Shown here: positions 1-11,900 of the stretch, one piece after another
Layout: each line of letters starts with the position of its first letter
How positions within the stretch are numbered: the first letter of the stretch is position 1
The notes under the pieces: generated by a model
What the model was told of the DNA's origin: nothing
The model's database searches: none
The model's input: the letters and a program-made list of their open reading frames with translations, nothing else
Position numbers and translations under genes: made by a program
Source: Lama glama
Lineage: Eukaryota
Length of the DNA stretch: 64,000 nucleotides
Direction of reading: 5' to 3'
NCBI GenBank assembly: GCA_028534125.1
Contig: CM052816.1
Span: 61,444,001-61,508,000, forward strand

Positions 1-506
1 TACCAATGTTTCTTTTATGAAATAATTTTCCTTACATTTATCTGAAGATTGATAATAAATCTTATTTTATTTAGAAATTAGATTTCAAAAGTATAAGGTC
101 TATGCTGAGCATTTGAGTTCATTTAATGGTAAATACACAGTTCAAGGTTGCACATAGTAATGCTTGTAGAACAAAGCATAATCTTCTATTTCCTCTACTT
201 TTTCTACTCTGCACTTGTGCTACTGCTTTACCCTGTTCAGGCTAATGTAGATGTTCCACTGAATCTTTGTGTAAAAGAGTACAGACATTTTGATGCTCAG
301 CTCATATTTTTCAGAAACTGTTTTTCTTCTTTACTCTGTCACATCCGTATCCTCATTCCTACTTCAGTATAAAAAACACTTAATTGGATTTGGGTTTAAG
401 TAAGTTCTAAATTTGAAAGGAGTAAAAGAACCATAGAGTGGAGAAAAAAATTTTGCTGTAGATAATGTGTATAAGAATTTGCTCAGATTGTCTGTTTTCT
501 ATAACT

Positions 507-543
507 TAAACAAATTTTTTTATTAAAGTGTAGTTGATTTACA
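507..543 (-). mobile_element. Ultra-short L1 3' tail insertion with 9-bp TSD
   Basis: tttttttattaaagtgtagttgatttaca flanked by the direct repeat tctataact (498-506 and 544-552). Confidence 0.7.
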
Positions 544-879
544 TCTATAACTGTTGAGTCAAAATGATTACTTAGATTTTAATATTTAGATTTAAAATAG
601 GTACATTGAGTAAATTTATCACTAGCTTGTTTCTCTGTAAGCAATTGTTAAGCGTTATATACAATAGAGACTTATCTTTGTGAATAAAGATAAATTATTC
701 AGAATAAATTTGTTTTAAAACTTCTTATATGTTAAAATGACATTTGTTGTTAAATATCATAGAAAAATACTGCTCCTTGTGATTGACCAAGCTCTTTAAA
801 TTTGGCATTAACATTAATTATGCCATTGATAATCTTAACAGTGTGGTGAAATGAACAGATTTGAGATTTAGGGAGAAAA

Positions 880-1490
880 AAAAAACTAATTCCATTGTGA
901 GATTTGAGGGAAGAGGAGTGATTGGAGATATGAAGATGAGTTAGATCATGTAGGAGATAATGAAGGCCTTTACAAAGACTCTGGCACTGGGAATGGAAAA
1001 GATAGGATGAATTTGAACCATATTTTGGTGAGAAAATTTATAGGATTTGTGTCTTATTAATCTTCTCTTCCCTGGGATATAGTATATAGTAGATATTTGG
1101 TAATATTCTAAAAAATTGACGTATTAGTGAACTCAGTGTGTGAGAGAAAGAAATTGAAGATAGCTGAGGTTTCTCTTTTGGATGAGGCTGTATATGAATT
1201 TTGCTAGTTGAGAAAGGGAATCCTAGTGGAATGTTGGATTGGAAAGGAAGATACAGAGACTGATTTTGATACAGTAAATGTGAGGAATCTGAAGAAATAA
1301 AGGTTAAAGGTGTCTAGTTGACATTTGGGAACTATAGCTCTGATCAGAATTTAGAAAAGAATTTAATTCTGGAAACAAGTAATTTGAGAGTCATTAATAT
1401 AAGTGACTACTGATGAAATTGTGAAAGATGTTGTTGATGAGTCAAAAGTGAGAATAAAGTTGAAGCTGGAAAGTTTTCTTTACTTAAGGT
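880..1490 (-). mobile_element. Degraded L2 fragment
   Basis: Purine-rich L2-like text (gggaatggaaaagataggatgaatttg; aatttgagagtcattaatataagtg). Confidence 0.55.
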
Positions 1491-1599
1491 GATAGTAGAG
1501 TGTCACCCAACTATTCTTCATCCTCATTGAGACTTTCTGTGTCTCTTGTTCTTGTTCCTTCTGTTTGTTAACACCTGTTTTGCTTTGCTTCCTATTGAA

Positions 1600-1790
1600 A
1601 CTGCATGGTCCATGTTTACTAACTTTGATTACTTGTTTAAGGTGTGTGGTCTGCCAGGTTTGTCCACTAAAGTTACTATTTTCCCCTTGGCAACTAATAA
1701 GGAATTTGTGAGCAGATACTTGGAGATTATGTGAATATCCTATTCATCATCACACTTTTACCCACCAATCTTAGTAATCCTCACCTTCAT
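1600..1790 (-). mobile_element. L1MC-type 3' end fragment
   Basis: tctgccaggtttgtccactaaagttactattttcccc...gatacttggagattatgtgaatatcctattc resembles an antisense L1MC4/5 3'UTR. Confidence 0.6.
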
Positions 1791-1849
1791 TCTTATTTTA
1801 TATCATGTTACATTTTTAATCAAGTGGAATATGTAAACAAGTTTTTTTA

Positions 1850-3100
1850 AACCCCACTTTTCTTAGGCCCCTTTTGACCAATTCTGTTTTTAATTGTTTT
1901 ATATAAAATAGTTTTTGATATTGAGATCATAGTGTTTTCTAATCCTATTTCCTTTCCCATAGTTTGTGTTACAACACTTGCACCATTCAAAAAAAAAAAT
2001 TCCTTGTGTTATAGTTTATCAGTTGTTCAAAATAATGTCACATTTTAGTTTACTTTATATTTGGACCATGGCTTCTTATTCAGGTTTTGTTTTTCTGGAG
2101 TTTCTAGTTACTTTTATTTTTGTCTTATTGAGAAAAAAAAAAGATTTCTTTACCAACTTGTCAATATTATCTAGTTCCTTAGTGCTTATATCTATTGCTT
2201 GTAATATATTCTGTTCTTCTTTGGAGGCATTTTTCTTGGAGTCTACTGGTTAATTAATTTCTTGAGCCACTGCACATCTTTCATCTTGGGATTTCTTTTC
2301 TCCTAGGTTAGTTCCACATCTTCTTCTTTCTGAGTTTACACCCTGGTTTTGTTGGAGAACATCTTCAAGTAATTACCTCAGAAAAGGTGCCTGAGAAGTA
2401 AAATTTCTAAGTCCTTGCCTATTTGAAAGTGACTTTATGCTACCCTCATGTTTGGTTAGTAATTTAGCTAGATATGGAATTCTAGGTTTAAAAATAATTT
2501 TGCTTCAGAACCATGGATGATGGAATTGGGAAAGGAAAATAGGAGACATCAAATTTATCTATATGGTTTTATATCTTAGGAAAAGATTTAAAGATCTTAA
2601 AGAAATAGCATTGATTCATTTGGGGTGACAGATAGAAGATTGCTTCTTGTTCTTTTCTTTAAAAAAATTTTTTTTCAAAATGGTATGAGTTTTTCTTTAC
2701 CCTTCCGTTTAAAACATAATAATGTGGTGAGCTGTGGGTCTTCTATCCTGATCCCTACTTTGTATTTGATGGGCACTTTCAATTTAAAGACCCTCCTTCA
2801 ACTTAGAGAAGTTTAAAAAAAAATTTCCTTAATAATTTTCTCTCCTTTCCTACCACTACCCTGTTTTTTAACTGGTTCTCTGCTTCTCTTATCTCTCTCT
2901 TTTTCCATACTTTTCTTTTTTTTGTTCTAAGTTCCATGGGATGTTCCCAATTTTGCCTTCTTTTTCTTTAATTGATTTTAAAATTGTGACATTCATATTT
3001 CTAATTTTCAAGAGATTTTTCTTTTCTTGATTGTTTCTTTCTTTATATTTTGTTCTTATTTCATGAAAAGTGATTTTTAAAATATCTCTGTAGATACTAA
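1850..3100 (-). mobile_element. Ancient HAL1/L1ME ORF1-region fragments
   Basis: T-rich antisense text with aatttagctagatatggaattctaggtt, the reverse complement of the ORF1 'PRILYPAKL' coding region. Confidence 0.55.
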
Positions 3101-4768
3101 AGACTATATCTCTAGTTAGAAAACACTAATGACCCCATTAGACTTTCTAGTCACTTAGTTATGTCCACACTTGCCTCTCTATGTTTTCCATTATTCATTC
3201 ATTCATTCACCAAATACTTCAAAGTACCTATCATATAATAGGCACTGTTCTAGGTAGTAGGAGAACAATAATGAACAAAACAAGAATCCTTGTTATCATA
3301 TAGCTTGTATTCTAGTGGAGGAGGTACACAATAAGAGAAATAAGTAAAAACCATAATGTGCTGGATAATGATAAGTTATAAGGTAGAAAAAATGTTGAGT
3401 AAAGACCTTAAAAAATGAAGAAAGGAATGCTGACATCTGAGGGATAAGATTTTCAGGTGGAAATCTTCAAGGACAAAATTCTGATCTGGGAGTGTTTGAG
3501 GAACAGCGAGGAGACTACTATCATGACTAGAGCTGAGTGAGAGAGGAAGAGTAATGGTAGGTGAAGTTAGAAAGAGAACTGGGGGCCAGATGTTAGGTTT
3601 TAGAGGACGCAGGATAAAATCAATGAGGACTCCAGGCTTGGGGCCTGAGCAACTAGGATAGTATAGTATAGCAGCCCGCAGTTTTGATGAGAAAGACTCA
3701 GGCATTAACTGAAATGCAAATGCTGTAGGGGGAGTAGGTTGGGGAGTGGTGTATATCATAACTTCAGTTAGACATGTCAAACTTGAAATGTGTGTAGGAT
3801 GCTGGATATGCAAGTCTGTAGTTCAGGAGAGAGATGTAAATTATGAAGTTATAACTTTGGGAGTCATCAATGTATAGATGACATTTAAATCCAGGAGATT
3901 ATATGAAATTGCTTTGAGAGGATTATATATAGAATAATGAAGAGGCCTAAGGACTGAGCCTTTGGGCTCTCCAAGGGCTTAGGGAGGTCAAAAAGATGTA
4001 GGGGAGACAGCAAAGATGAGCAGGGTAAGAAAGTTGAAGGAAAACCAGACAAATATCCTAGAAGTTAAGAGAAGGAATTATTTCAAGGGAAAACTGCTGC
4101 TGCGTAGAACAAAATAAGAGTAGGACTGAAAACTGACTATTGAATTTATTAATGAGGTGTTACTGATGACCTTGACAAAAGCGGTTTTGGTGAAGTCATA
4201 GTGGGATTTGGAAAAGAGGCCTGATTGGAGTAGATTTAAGAAGGAATGAGAGAAAAGAGTATATAGACAATTACTTTGAGGACTTTTGGAAAAGCAAGAA
4301 ATGATCAGTTGCTGTAGGCAGGAGTAGGGTCTTCTTCATTTTGTTTGATAAAGATGAGAATCATGATGTAAAGAGAAGGGAAGTTTCTTGAGTGAGTTTT
4401 TTGATAGGTGAGAAGGGATGAAATTATCCATATAAATGGAATAATTGTTCTTATCTTGAGAATGGACAGTTAGGAGGGAAGTAAGAACATGAAGTGGATG
4501 GAGGACAATGAAAAGGTGATGGGACCATTGGGGCCTAGTGTGTGTGAAAGAACTGTCTCTTGGAGTTAGGATACTAGAGGAACAGTACTAGAAAGACAAA
4601 AGAATGAGATATTTGAAATTGACATTATGGCAGAGTTACAAATATGGATAATGTTGAAATCTAGGGTTCATAACTCTGGGTATGAGTAAGGTCAGGTGAG
4701 GGACAAGATATTTGAAGAAGAGGAAGCCAAGGAATTGAGAGGACAGGGATTGAAGAGACCATGTATGT

Positions 4769-5272
4769 TAGTAGTTCCTAACCTGGGGTCTATGGATGGA
4801 ATTCAGGGGGTTTGTTAACTGGAGTGGGGAAAATTTCATCTTTATCTTTACTAATTCTTATCTGAAATTTAACATTTCTTTCATTAAAAAATATAGATAG
4901 ATAACAAACCAATAAAGTAATAGCAGTACCTGTGACTTTGTCTCTAATAGAAATTATAGATATTTTCATATTATGTTGCAGTTTTTGCAGGTCCTTTAAA
5001 ATATTGCTGTTAATCACTGTTGTGAAGTTATGGTAGTTACTAGGTCTACTGCAAAACTTCTTATTAAAGTGTTATATAATGTCATATGTGTTACTATGTT
5101 ACATTTAAAAATATTTTGATAACTATATTTCATTACAATTATTTTTTTAATAATCCTGTATATTCTTTTGCATTTAAGATATTATTCTGAGAAGTGGTCC
5201 CAAGGTTTCACATCTAGACTTCCAGAGGGGTTCAGGGCACATGTACATACACACAAATTTTAAGAACCAATG
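4769..5272. mobile_element. hAT-Charlie non-autonomous DNA transposon (Charlie4a-like) nested in L2
   Basis: Imperfect TIRs tagtagttcctaacc and ttaagaaccaatg. Internal agcagtacctgtgactttgtc and attattctgagaag motifs; length about 500 bp. Confidence 0.75.
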
Positions 5273-5461
5273 GTATAAGAAGATAATGAAATCAGCAATT
5301 ATTCAGGAATGGTTTTGCAGAGAGTGACTGTGATCCAGAAGCTAAGATCTCTGAGTAATGAAGAAAGTGACTCTGGGTCAGTAGATAACAGCAGCTAGCA
5401 GAGGGAGAAAGTGATACTATGAGATTCAAAGGTGGTGAGGTTTCTTCTTTTCTGTTTATTT

Positions 5462-5503
5462 TCTCTCTCTCTCTCTCTCTTTTTTTTTTTTTTTTTTTTT
5501 TTT
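5462..5503 (+). repeat. (TC)n followed by poly-T
   Basis: Seen directly. Confidence 0.9.
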
Positions 5504-6019
5504 GAGAGAGAGGGAGAGTTGTTTAGAAATGGCATGGCAGTGAGTCACAGGGACTCTTACCTTACCTCCAGGTCCAATAGGAGGCATGTAGAAGAGAAAG
5601 CAGCCACCATTCCAGAGGTTTTCAGGGAAGAATGAATGTTATTTAGGGAGATTCAGGTTTTTGTTTGAGCAAGATGAACTGAACATTCTTGGATGAGGCT
5701 GAGGGTATAGGAGATTTTGTAGGTAACTGACCTTGAGTTTGAGAGGGCACAGTAGAAGCATTTTAAATAGTGAAGGGGGAAGTAGGAGATGGGATCAGAA
5801 AACACGATGTGCATAACCATACAGGGAATAGCATCCAGGGGATGTGTCTTGGGCTTCTTGGAGGGACTGATGTGGTAGGGAAAGGGGGCATGATGAGATT
5901 AATCCTGATGATCCTGAGGCCAACAGTATAGAGATGAGTGGGGACACTGAGGGAAGTGAGAGTAGGACACTTGCTAGGCATGCACGGATTTCTGGGACTC
6001 CCCCTTAACTCAGGTTCAT

Positions 6020-6516
6020 CATCTGGACTCCAGTACCTTTCCAATCTTAACATCATTTTCCCCTTCTCTCCCTTTAGCCGCAGTAGCTCCTTGCTTTCCT
6101 CAAATACTGCACGCATATTTCTTCCTGATTGCCTCTGCACTTGCCTCCTATTGTCTGATCTGCTCTTTCCCAAGATATTTGTTTGGCTTGCTCCTTCACC
6201 TTATTCACGATTCTGTTCAAATATCACCTTACTAGACAGGATGTTCCTGACCATCCTAAGTAGTTTGTATAATTCCCTCTGTGCTCTGATTATTCTCTGT
6301 CCTCTTATGGCTTTGTTTTTCTTCTTAACATTTCTTATTAACTAATTGATTATTTATTTATCTAATGAGTTCTTTTTTTCCTGGCTCCTCCCACCAGAAT
6401 GTAAGCTCTGTGATAGAGCCAGAACTTTGTTTTGTTCACTATTGTATTCCCACCTCCTGGAACAGAACCTGCTCTGTGATAGGCACTCAAAACATACTTG
6501 GTGAATGACTAAATAA
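6020..6516 (+). mobile_element. L2a 3' end
   Basis: ccagaatgtaagctctgtga...ttttgttcactattgtattcc...taggcactcaaaacatacttggtgaatgactaaataaa. Confidence 0.85.
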
Positions 6517-6549
6517 AGTTAGAGAAGCAACACTCAGAGGATGAGGGAA

Positions 6550-6728
6550 TTATAATATAGTGGCTAAGAGTCCAGGCTCCGAATTCAGTTGAATGAATTT
6601 GTTACTTAACTTTGCTCAGTATAGATTTCTCATCTGCAAAGTGGAACTGATAGTAGTAACTTACTTCAAAGAGCTATTATGATTAATGAGATAATGTGTG
6701 TGAACATCTTACAGAGTACCTAACACGT
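6550..6728 (+). mobile_element. MIR
   Basis: tagtggctaagagt...tttctcatctgcaaagtgg...attaatgagataatgtgtgtgaa. Confidence 0.8.
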
Positions 6729-7368
6729 CAAGTCTCTGGGTTTTCTTCCAGGGTCTTTCCATTCTTGAAATTAGAGATTTTGTTTACTTACGCAAACCAG
6801 GTGTCTGACTCTGGTTTTCTCCAACAACCTACTCAGGTTGCTGTTGGGGACTTTTCAGCATCCTTCTGCCCACAGTCCAGCATCACATGACTTTAGTGCT
6901 CTGCCCTTTCTTGGCAGCACTCTAGACCCTGCTTCCTACACTTCCCTCTTACCAAAATTTCATGTACAAGCTCTCTTCTGCACGTGCCCTTCTTTCTTCA
7001 GAAACCTTGCTCAGTTTACTATCACAGTGTTAATCTTTCCGGTAAAGTAATTCATGATCATGTATTAGAGTTTGTTAGTGGCATATTATATTACTCCTGA
7101 CAATATTTGCATGTAATTTCAAGACCGATATCCTTAAAGTAAAGCAAACAATGGTGAAAATAATGTGAAGTGACTAGGACTGCTTTTTTTTTTTTTTGCG
7201 TTCTCAGGAATGCTCATTTCATGTAGGTGGTTGCCAACTTCATCTGTAAGTTAGGGGAGCTCTGATTATGTCTTATTTTTCTTTCTAAGCATGTGGTACT
7301 TAACATGAATTTCCCTAAACACAATCATAGGAGTTTAGATTCAAAGGGATCTTAGAGGCTATCTGAAC

Positions 7369-7565
7369 CAGAGGTTTTCAGCAAAACTCTATTCTCAAAT
7401 GAAAATATTATGTGGAAACTTAATATATAAATTAATAAAAGCACAGTTGATTCCTAAGCCCAGGAATCCAAGACGTGTAGGTCTCCCTTTGTTGTCTGGA
7501 GCAACCCCTGCAGGCACTTTCATGGAACCCTTATGGCTCCCTAGAGTGCTGTTTTGAAACCACTA
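7369..7565. mobile_element. Short hAT-Charlie MITE (MER112-like) inserted in an antisense MIR
   Basis: Ends cagaggttttca and ttttgaaaccacta. Flanks gatcttagaggctatct and ttcatttttccagctgaggaaa are MIR-like. Confidence 0.55.
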
Positions 7566-7912
7566 ATTTACACCAACTCTTTCATTTTTCCAGCTGAGGA
7601 AATACACCCAGAGAGTTTGTGTTTTGTCCAGTGTTATAGGGTAAATTACTTGGATTAAGAGCAGTCCTCACATGTGCCATTCTTGGGATAACAGTATTAG
7701 AGAAGAGAGGAAGTTCTTACTTCTGGTGCATATAACTTTTACTATCTCATTTCTTTTAATCAGCAAATTTTACTTGATATATATACTGCATATGAGACAC
7801 TGTCTATGGCTGTAACTGATACAAAGAAATATGAGACATAACTCTTTGCCTTAAGAGAGCAAATAGTATGGTTGGGAAGATGAAACATGCAGTTGAAGTT
7901 ATACCAAATTTA

Positions 7913-8041
7913 TGGCTTTTTTCCTGTACTTTATTATTATAATTTTTTAATTGAAGTATAATTGGTTTACAATGTTGTGTTAATTTCTGGTGTACAGAAT
8001 AGTGATTCAGTTATACATATTTATATATATATTCCTTTTCA
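7913..8041 (-). mobile_element. 5'-truncated L1 3'UTR (artiodactyl/laurasiatherian type) with TSD
   Basis: ttttttaattgaagtataattggtttacaatgttgtgttaatttctggtgtacag. TSD tata(c/a)caaattta at 7900-7912 and 8042-8054. Confidence 0.8.
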
Positions 8042-8235
8042 TATAACAAATTTAAATATAGATGCAATACTTGAGATGCAGCAAAGCAGTGTAGAATTAA
8101 TTAAAAAGAAAGGATACCAATGATATGCTTTGCTGGATCTGAGAAGAGGGTAAAGTTGCTCCAGTTGGGCTAGAGAAAGTTTTAAAGAGGAGCTATGGCT
8201 GAGCGAAGTAGGACTTGTCTAAGTAAATAGGTGTG

Positions 8236-8360
8236 AGGCAGTATAATACTGTGAATAAGAGCAGAGCTTTGTGTGAATACCTGCTCCTTCACTTAATTCT
8301 ATACAGTATTAGACAAGTTCTTAACCTCTGAGCCTATTTCCTCATGTGCAAATGGGGATG
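8236..8360 (+). mobile_element. MIR fragment
   Basis: gacaagttcttaacctctgagcctatttcctcatgtgcaaatgggg core. Confidence 0.75.
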
Positions 8361-8367
8361 TGTGGAT

Positions 8368-8660
8368 GTATATTAATTCAGGACATACTAATTGATGTAA
8401 CGCAGACCTTAAAATGTGAGTAGTTTATCAAAATAGAAGTTTACTTCTCTCTTGTATCAGTGTCTAGATTGGACAGCTTTCCATGAGGTCACTCAGGGAC
8501 CCTCGTTCCTTCTCTTTTGGCTTCCATCTCCCCTAGGTCTTTTCTCAGAGAGAGTGGAGAATTCCACTGGGGAGATTCTCAGAGGCTGGGCCTGAAAGTG
8601 GTATATGCTCTGCCCATTTTCTGTTGGCCAAAACTCAGTTATAAAGCTATATCTAAACAA
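8368..8660 (-). mobile_element. Old MaLR/ERVL-type LTR fragment
   Basis: aaaatagaagtttacttctctc...gtcactcagggaccc...gcccattttctgttggccaaaactcagttata. Confidence 0.55.
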
Positions 8661-8877
8661 GGCTTATAGGATGTAGAGACATTTAAACATGCTTTTTAAA
8701 GAATAGGAAAATTTATATAGTATTTTTCTGAGTAAAAATAAGTCACTAAATTTTTATTACCATGTGTTTTAACCTCCTTTTTGAAGGAGTATCAAGTTAT
8801 TTTTGACTCCTGATAATAACGTAATTAATATTTAAAAGGATTCTTCTCGGTAAATTCTTTGCTTTGTTTTCTTTTAG

Positions 8878-9120
<243 letters not shown>

Positions 9121-9479
9121 TAAAGTAAATATAAATTTGAGTAATTAGAATGATGATGTCCAGAGTCCTCTTAAAAGATTTGACCTATCAATAGTTTTAA
9201 GTCAATTCTGGAAGCTCTTTAAGAAGTCCTTAAAATACAAGTCTGTGTAAAATTTGATTTTCTTTTTTTTCCTTTGAAGAGGAAACTCTATTTTATCCAG
9301 GTAGTAGTTACAGCTTTTGTGCACAGGTGTCCCATAGCACTCTGTGCTGTTTAGTTCGCCTGATTTTTATGTTAGTGGTAGGAATCTAAACCCTTGAATA
9401 AGACTTGAAGAGTCTTTAGGTAGTATTCAAAGACATTATTGGTTAGGGTACTATAGAAATTCATAATAGGGACAGCAAA

Positions 9480-9900
9480 GCCAGACTTCGGTGGCCCAAG
9501 AAGGCTTCATGGAGATGACTTCTGAGCTGAGAGAGCAATGGGTAGAGTGTTCCATATGAAAGAAATAGCATTTTAAACATTTCTGAACCAAAAGAGAGAA
9601 TGTCACATTCTAGTGCCTGACAGTTCATATAACTGGATATTAGAATATGGATTGGAGAGAGAAGGGTGAGATTCGTAGTGTTTGGGGGCTGTGAGGTGAA
9701 ACTGGAGCGATAAGAAGGGACTAAATCATGAAGGACTTGTAAACCATGTTGAGGAGTATATCTTTAGTGTACTGGAATCCCACTGGAAGGTTTTAAACAG
9801 TAGAAATCACATGATCATATTTGGGTTTTAGAAAGAGTACTCTGGCAGCCATTTGGAGACTGAATTAGAAAAGAGGAAGACTAGATGTAGGGGGTTAGAT
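9480..9900 (-). mobile_element. L2 fragment
   Basis: gaaggcttcatggag...ggaatcccactggaaggttttaaacag...atgatcatatttgggttttagaaag. Confidence 0.75.
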
Positions 9901-10114
9901 GGCTGTTTAGTCTAAAGATTAGAAGGCTTGGTGAAATAGAGGGCATATAGCATAGCACAGTAGAAAGAACATGGACTTTGGCAATGCTGTGGACAAATTA
10001 CCCAACCCCTCTGAGTACTCCTCTCAGTACACGTTAGTTACTCAGACTAATTGTAGCTGTCATTATTATTGGGATGATTGTTTCTAGCATTTAAAAAACC
10101 ACTATATTAAAATA

Positions 10115-10245
10115 AAAAGATTAGATTTATTCTATGTAGTTCTAGTAGCTGGAACTAGGAGCAGAATATTTCAGAGGCAGATTTCAGCTTACTACAAAGA
10201 ATTCACTAACAAGTAAATTTGCTAAAAAATGGAATGGACTTCAAC
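10115..10245 (+). mobile_element. CR1/L3 3' fragment
   Basis: gaggcagatttcagctt...aaaatggaatggacttc resembles the L3 consensus. Confidence 0.55.
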
Positions 10246-11386
10246 AGGTACATCTGTAAAAACGGAATGTGGATTAGTGAATTCTCTTGTTTCTTCTCCA
10301 TATCCTTCATGGTCTCTTTTTCTTCTCTATCAATTGTAAGTGTTCTTTGGAGTTCTTTCCTCAGCTGACTGTTCTTATTTTACATACTCTCTTCTTGGGT
10401 AACCTCTGAGGCTTTTAATCATGGGAGGTCCTTGTTGGGCAAGAATAATTGATTCTAGAAAAAGACCACTTAAAGTGAATCTACTTGAGACACTAAATAA
10501 AATTTCATAGTAAGTAATAAAAAAAAAGGTTTGATTTGTCTTTGGATTGAGTAAGAAACTAAACATTATGGAAATAGTTTATCTTATATTTAGCAAAATT
10601 TAGGCTGTAAGTACACTATATATAAATTCTTTGAAAACTAGGATTCAAATATTTAGTTGTTTATTGTGATATGATTTCCCCATAATTTTTTCCATAACAT
10701 AACATCCTTCATGTCATGATTGCAAAGATCACTTTTTGCAGAAGTATTTAAAGATTTCATCATATTCTGAAAGGTATCTCTTAACCATTTGATGTTCAAA
10801 TTATCCTCTTTTTGAAGTGACTATCTTGTTATTAACTGGTATTATTAACTGGTAGTTCCCAGGCAGATTCTTATTTTTCAGTGGTTTAGGCATGAGTCAG
10901 GCAGTTCTCCAAATCATACTAGCCATTTCTACTAACCCTAACACCAGTCCATTTAGTTCAGACCCTCATTATCTCTTGCCTAGAACACTGTAATGACTTT
11001 CTACCTAGTCTTCCTGTTTCCACATTTGTCCTTTTGTCTTTTGTCAAGTCTGTCTCCTAATTCTGTCTTATATATCTTCACTGGCTTCCCATTAGTGGGA
11101 ATGTAGTAATAGTTCTCTAATTTCCATGGGAATGTCACTAGATGTTATTGGGGAAAAAGCATTTTATGTTTAATATGTTTGGGAAATGTCTGATTAAAAG
11201 AACTACTTATCTTAATTGTGATACTCTTTCAACAGTGTAGTTCAAGTGATATGTGCATTTACAGGCATACATTGTCAGTTAACTTGTTCTCAGGAACTCA
11301 AATTTATATCCGAATATAAGGTATAAAAACTCTTTTGACAGAGGGTGTATTTATGTCATATTCTGATATGAATGTTCCCATTTTGA

Positions 11387-11475
11387 TTTTTCTTTAATGG
11401 AGGAACTGAGGATTGAACCCAGAACCTAGTGCATGCTAAGCACATGCTCTACCTCTGAGCTATACTCCTACCCCC
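11387..11475 (-). mobile_element. tRNA-Ala-derived SINE (camelid Vic-1-like), short form
   Basis: Reverse complement ggggtaggagtatagctcagaggtagagcatgtgcttagcatgcactaggttctgggttcaatcctcagttcctcca plus A tail, with A box, AGC anticodon and B box. TSD tgaat(g/t)ttcccatt(t/c)t at 11369-11386 and 11476-11493. Confidence 0.9.
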
Positions 11476-11694
11476 TGAATTTTCCCATTCTAATTAGATT
11501 TAAGCTACTGATTAAAATTTTTTTCTGAAAACATATCTGTTCTCTGTAGAAATTTTATAAAATACAGGATAGAAAGAAAAAAGAAAATGAAAGTTGCTCT
11601 TATATCACCACCCAGAGATAACTGAGTGTTCTTGTATTCCATTCTTATAGGTATTATTATGTCTTTATATCTGCATTATCTACTTATGTATTTA

Positions 11695-11900
11695 TTAAAT
11701 AAGTATTCATTTAGCATATATATGCAAGACTATTCTAGGTGCTGGGATGCAGCAATAAGTAAAGCAAGAAAAGTCCTTACTCCCAGAAGTCTTACACTGT
11801 AGTGAGGGGAGACCCTTACTAAATAAGCATTTAAACAAACACATGGCCAACTATCAAGAAGTAATAAGTGAATAATGAAAAATAAGGCAGATCAGTGAGA
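11695..11900 (-). mobile_element. L2 3' end
   Basis: tattcatttagcatatatatgcaagactattctaggtgctgggatgcagcaataag. Confidence 0.75.

Larger units (their letters stand above)
3193..5960 (-). mobile_element. L2a, ~2.2 kb excluding a nested DNA transposon
   Basis: Begins with the reverse-complemented L2 tail (attc)n-accaaatacttc...ggcactgttctagg. L2 body continues on both sides of 4769-5272. Confidence 0.85.

Noticed and set aside
3376..6345. ORFs of 135-145 aa at 3376, 5763 and 5938
   Set aside because: They are fully within decayed L2 elements.
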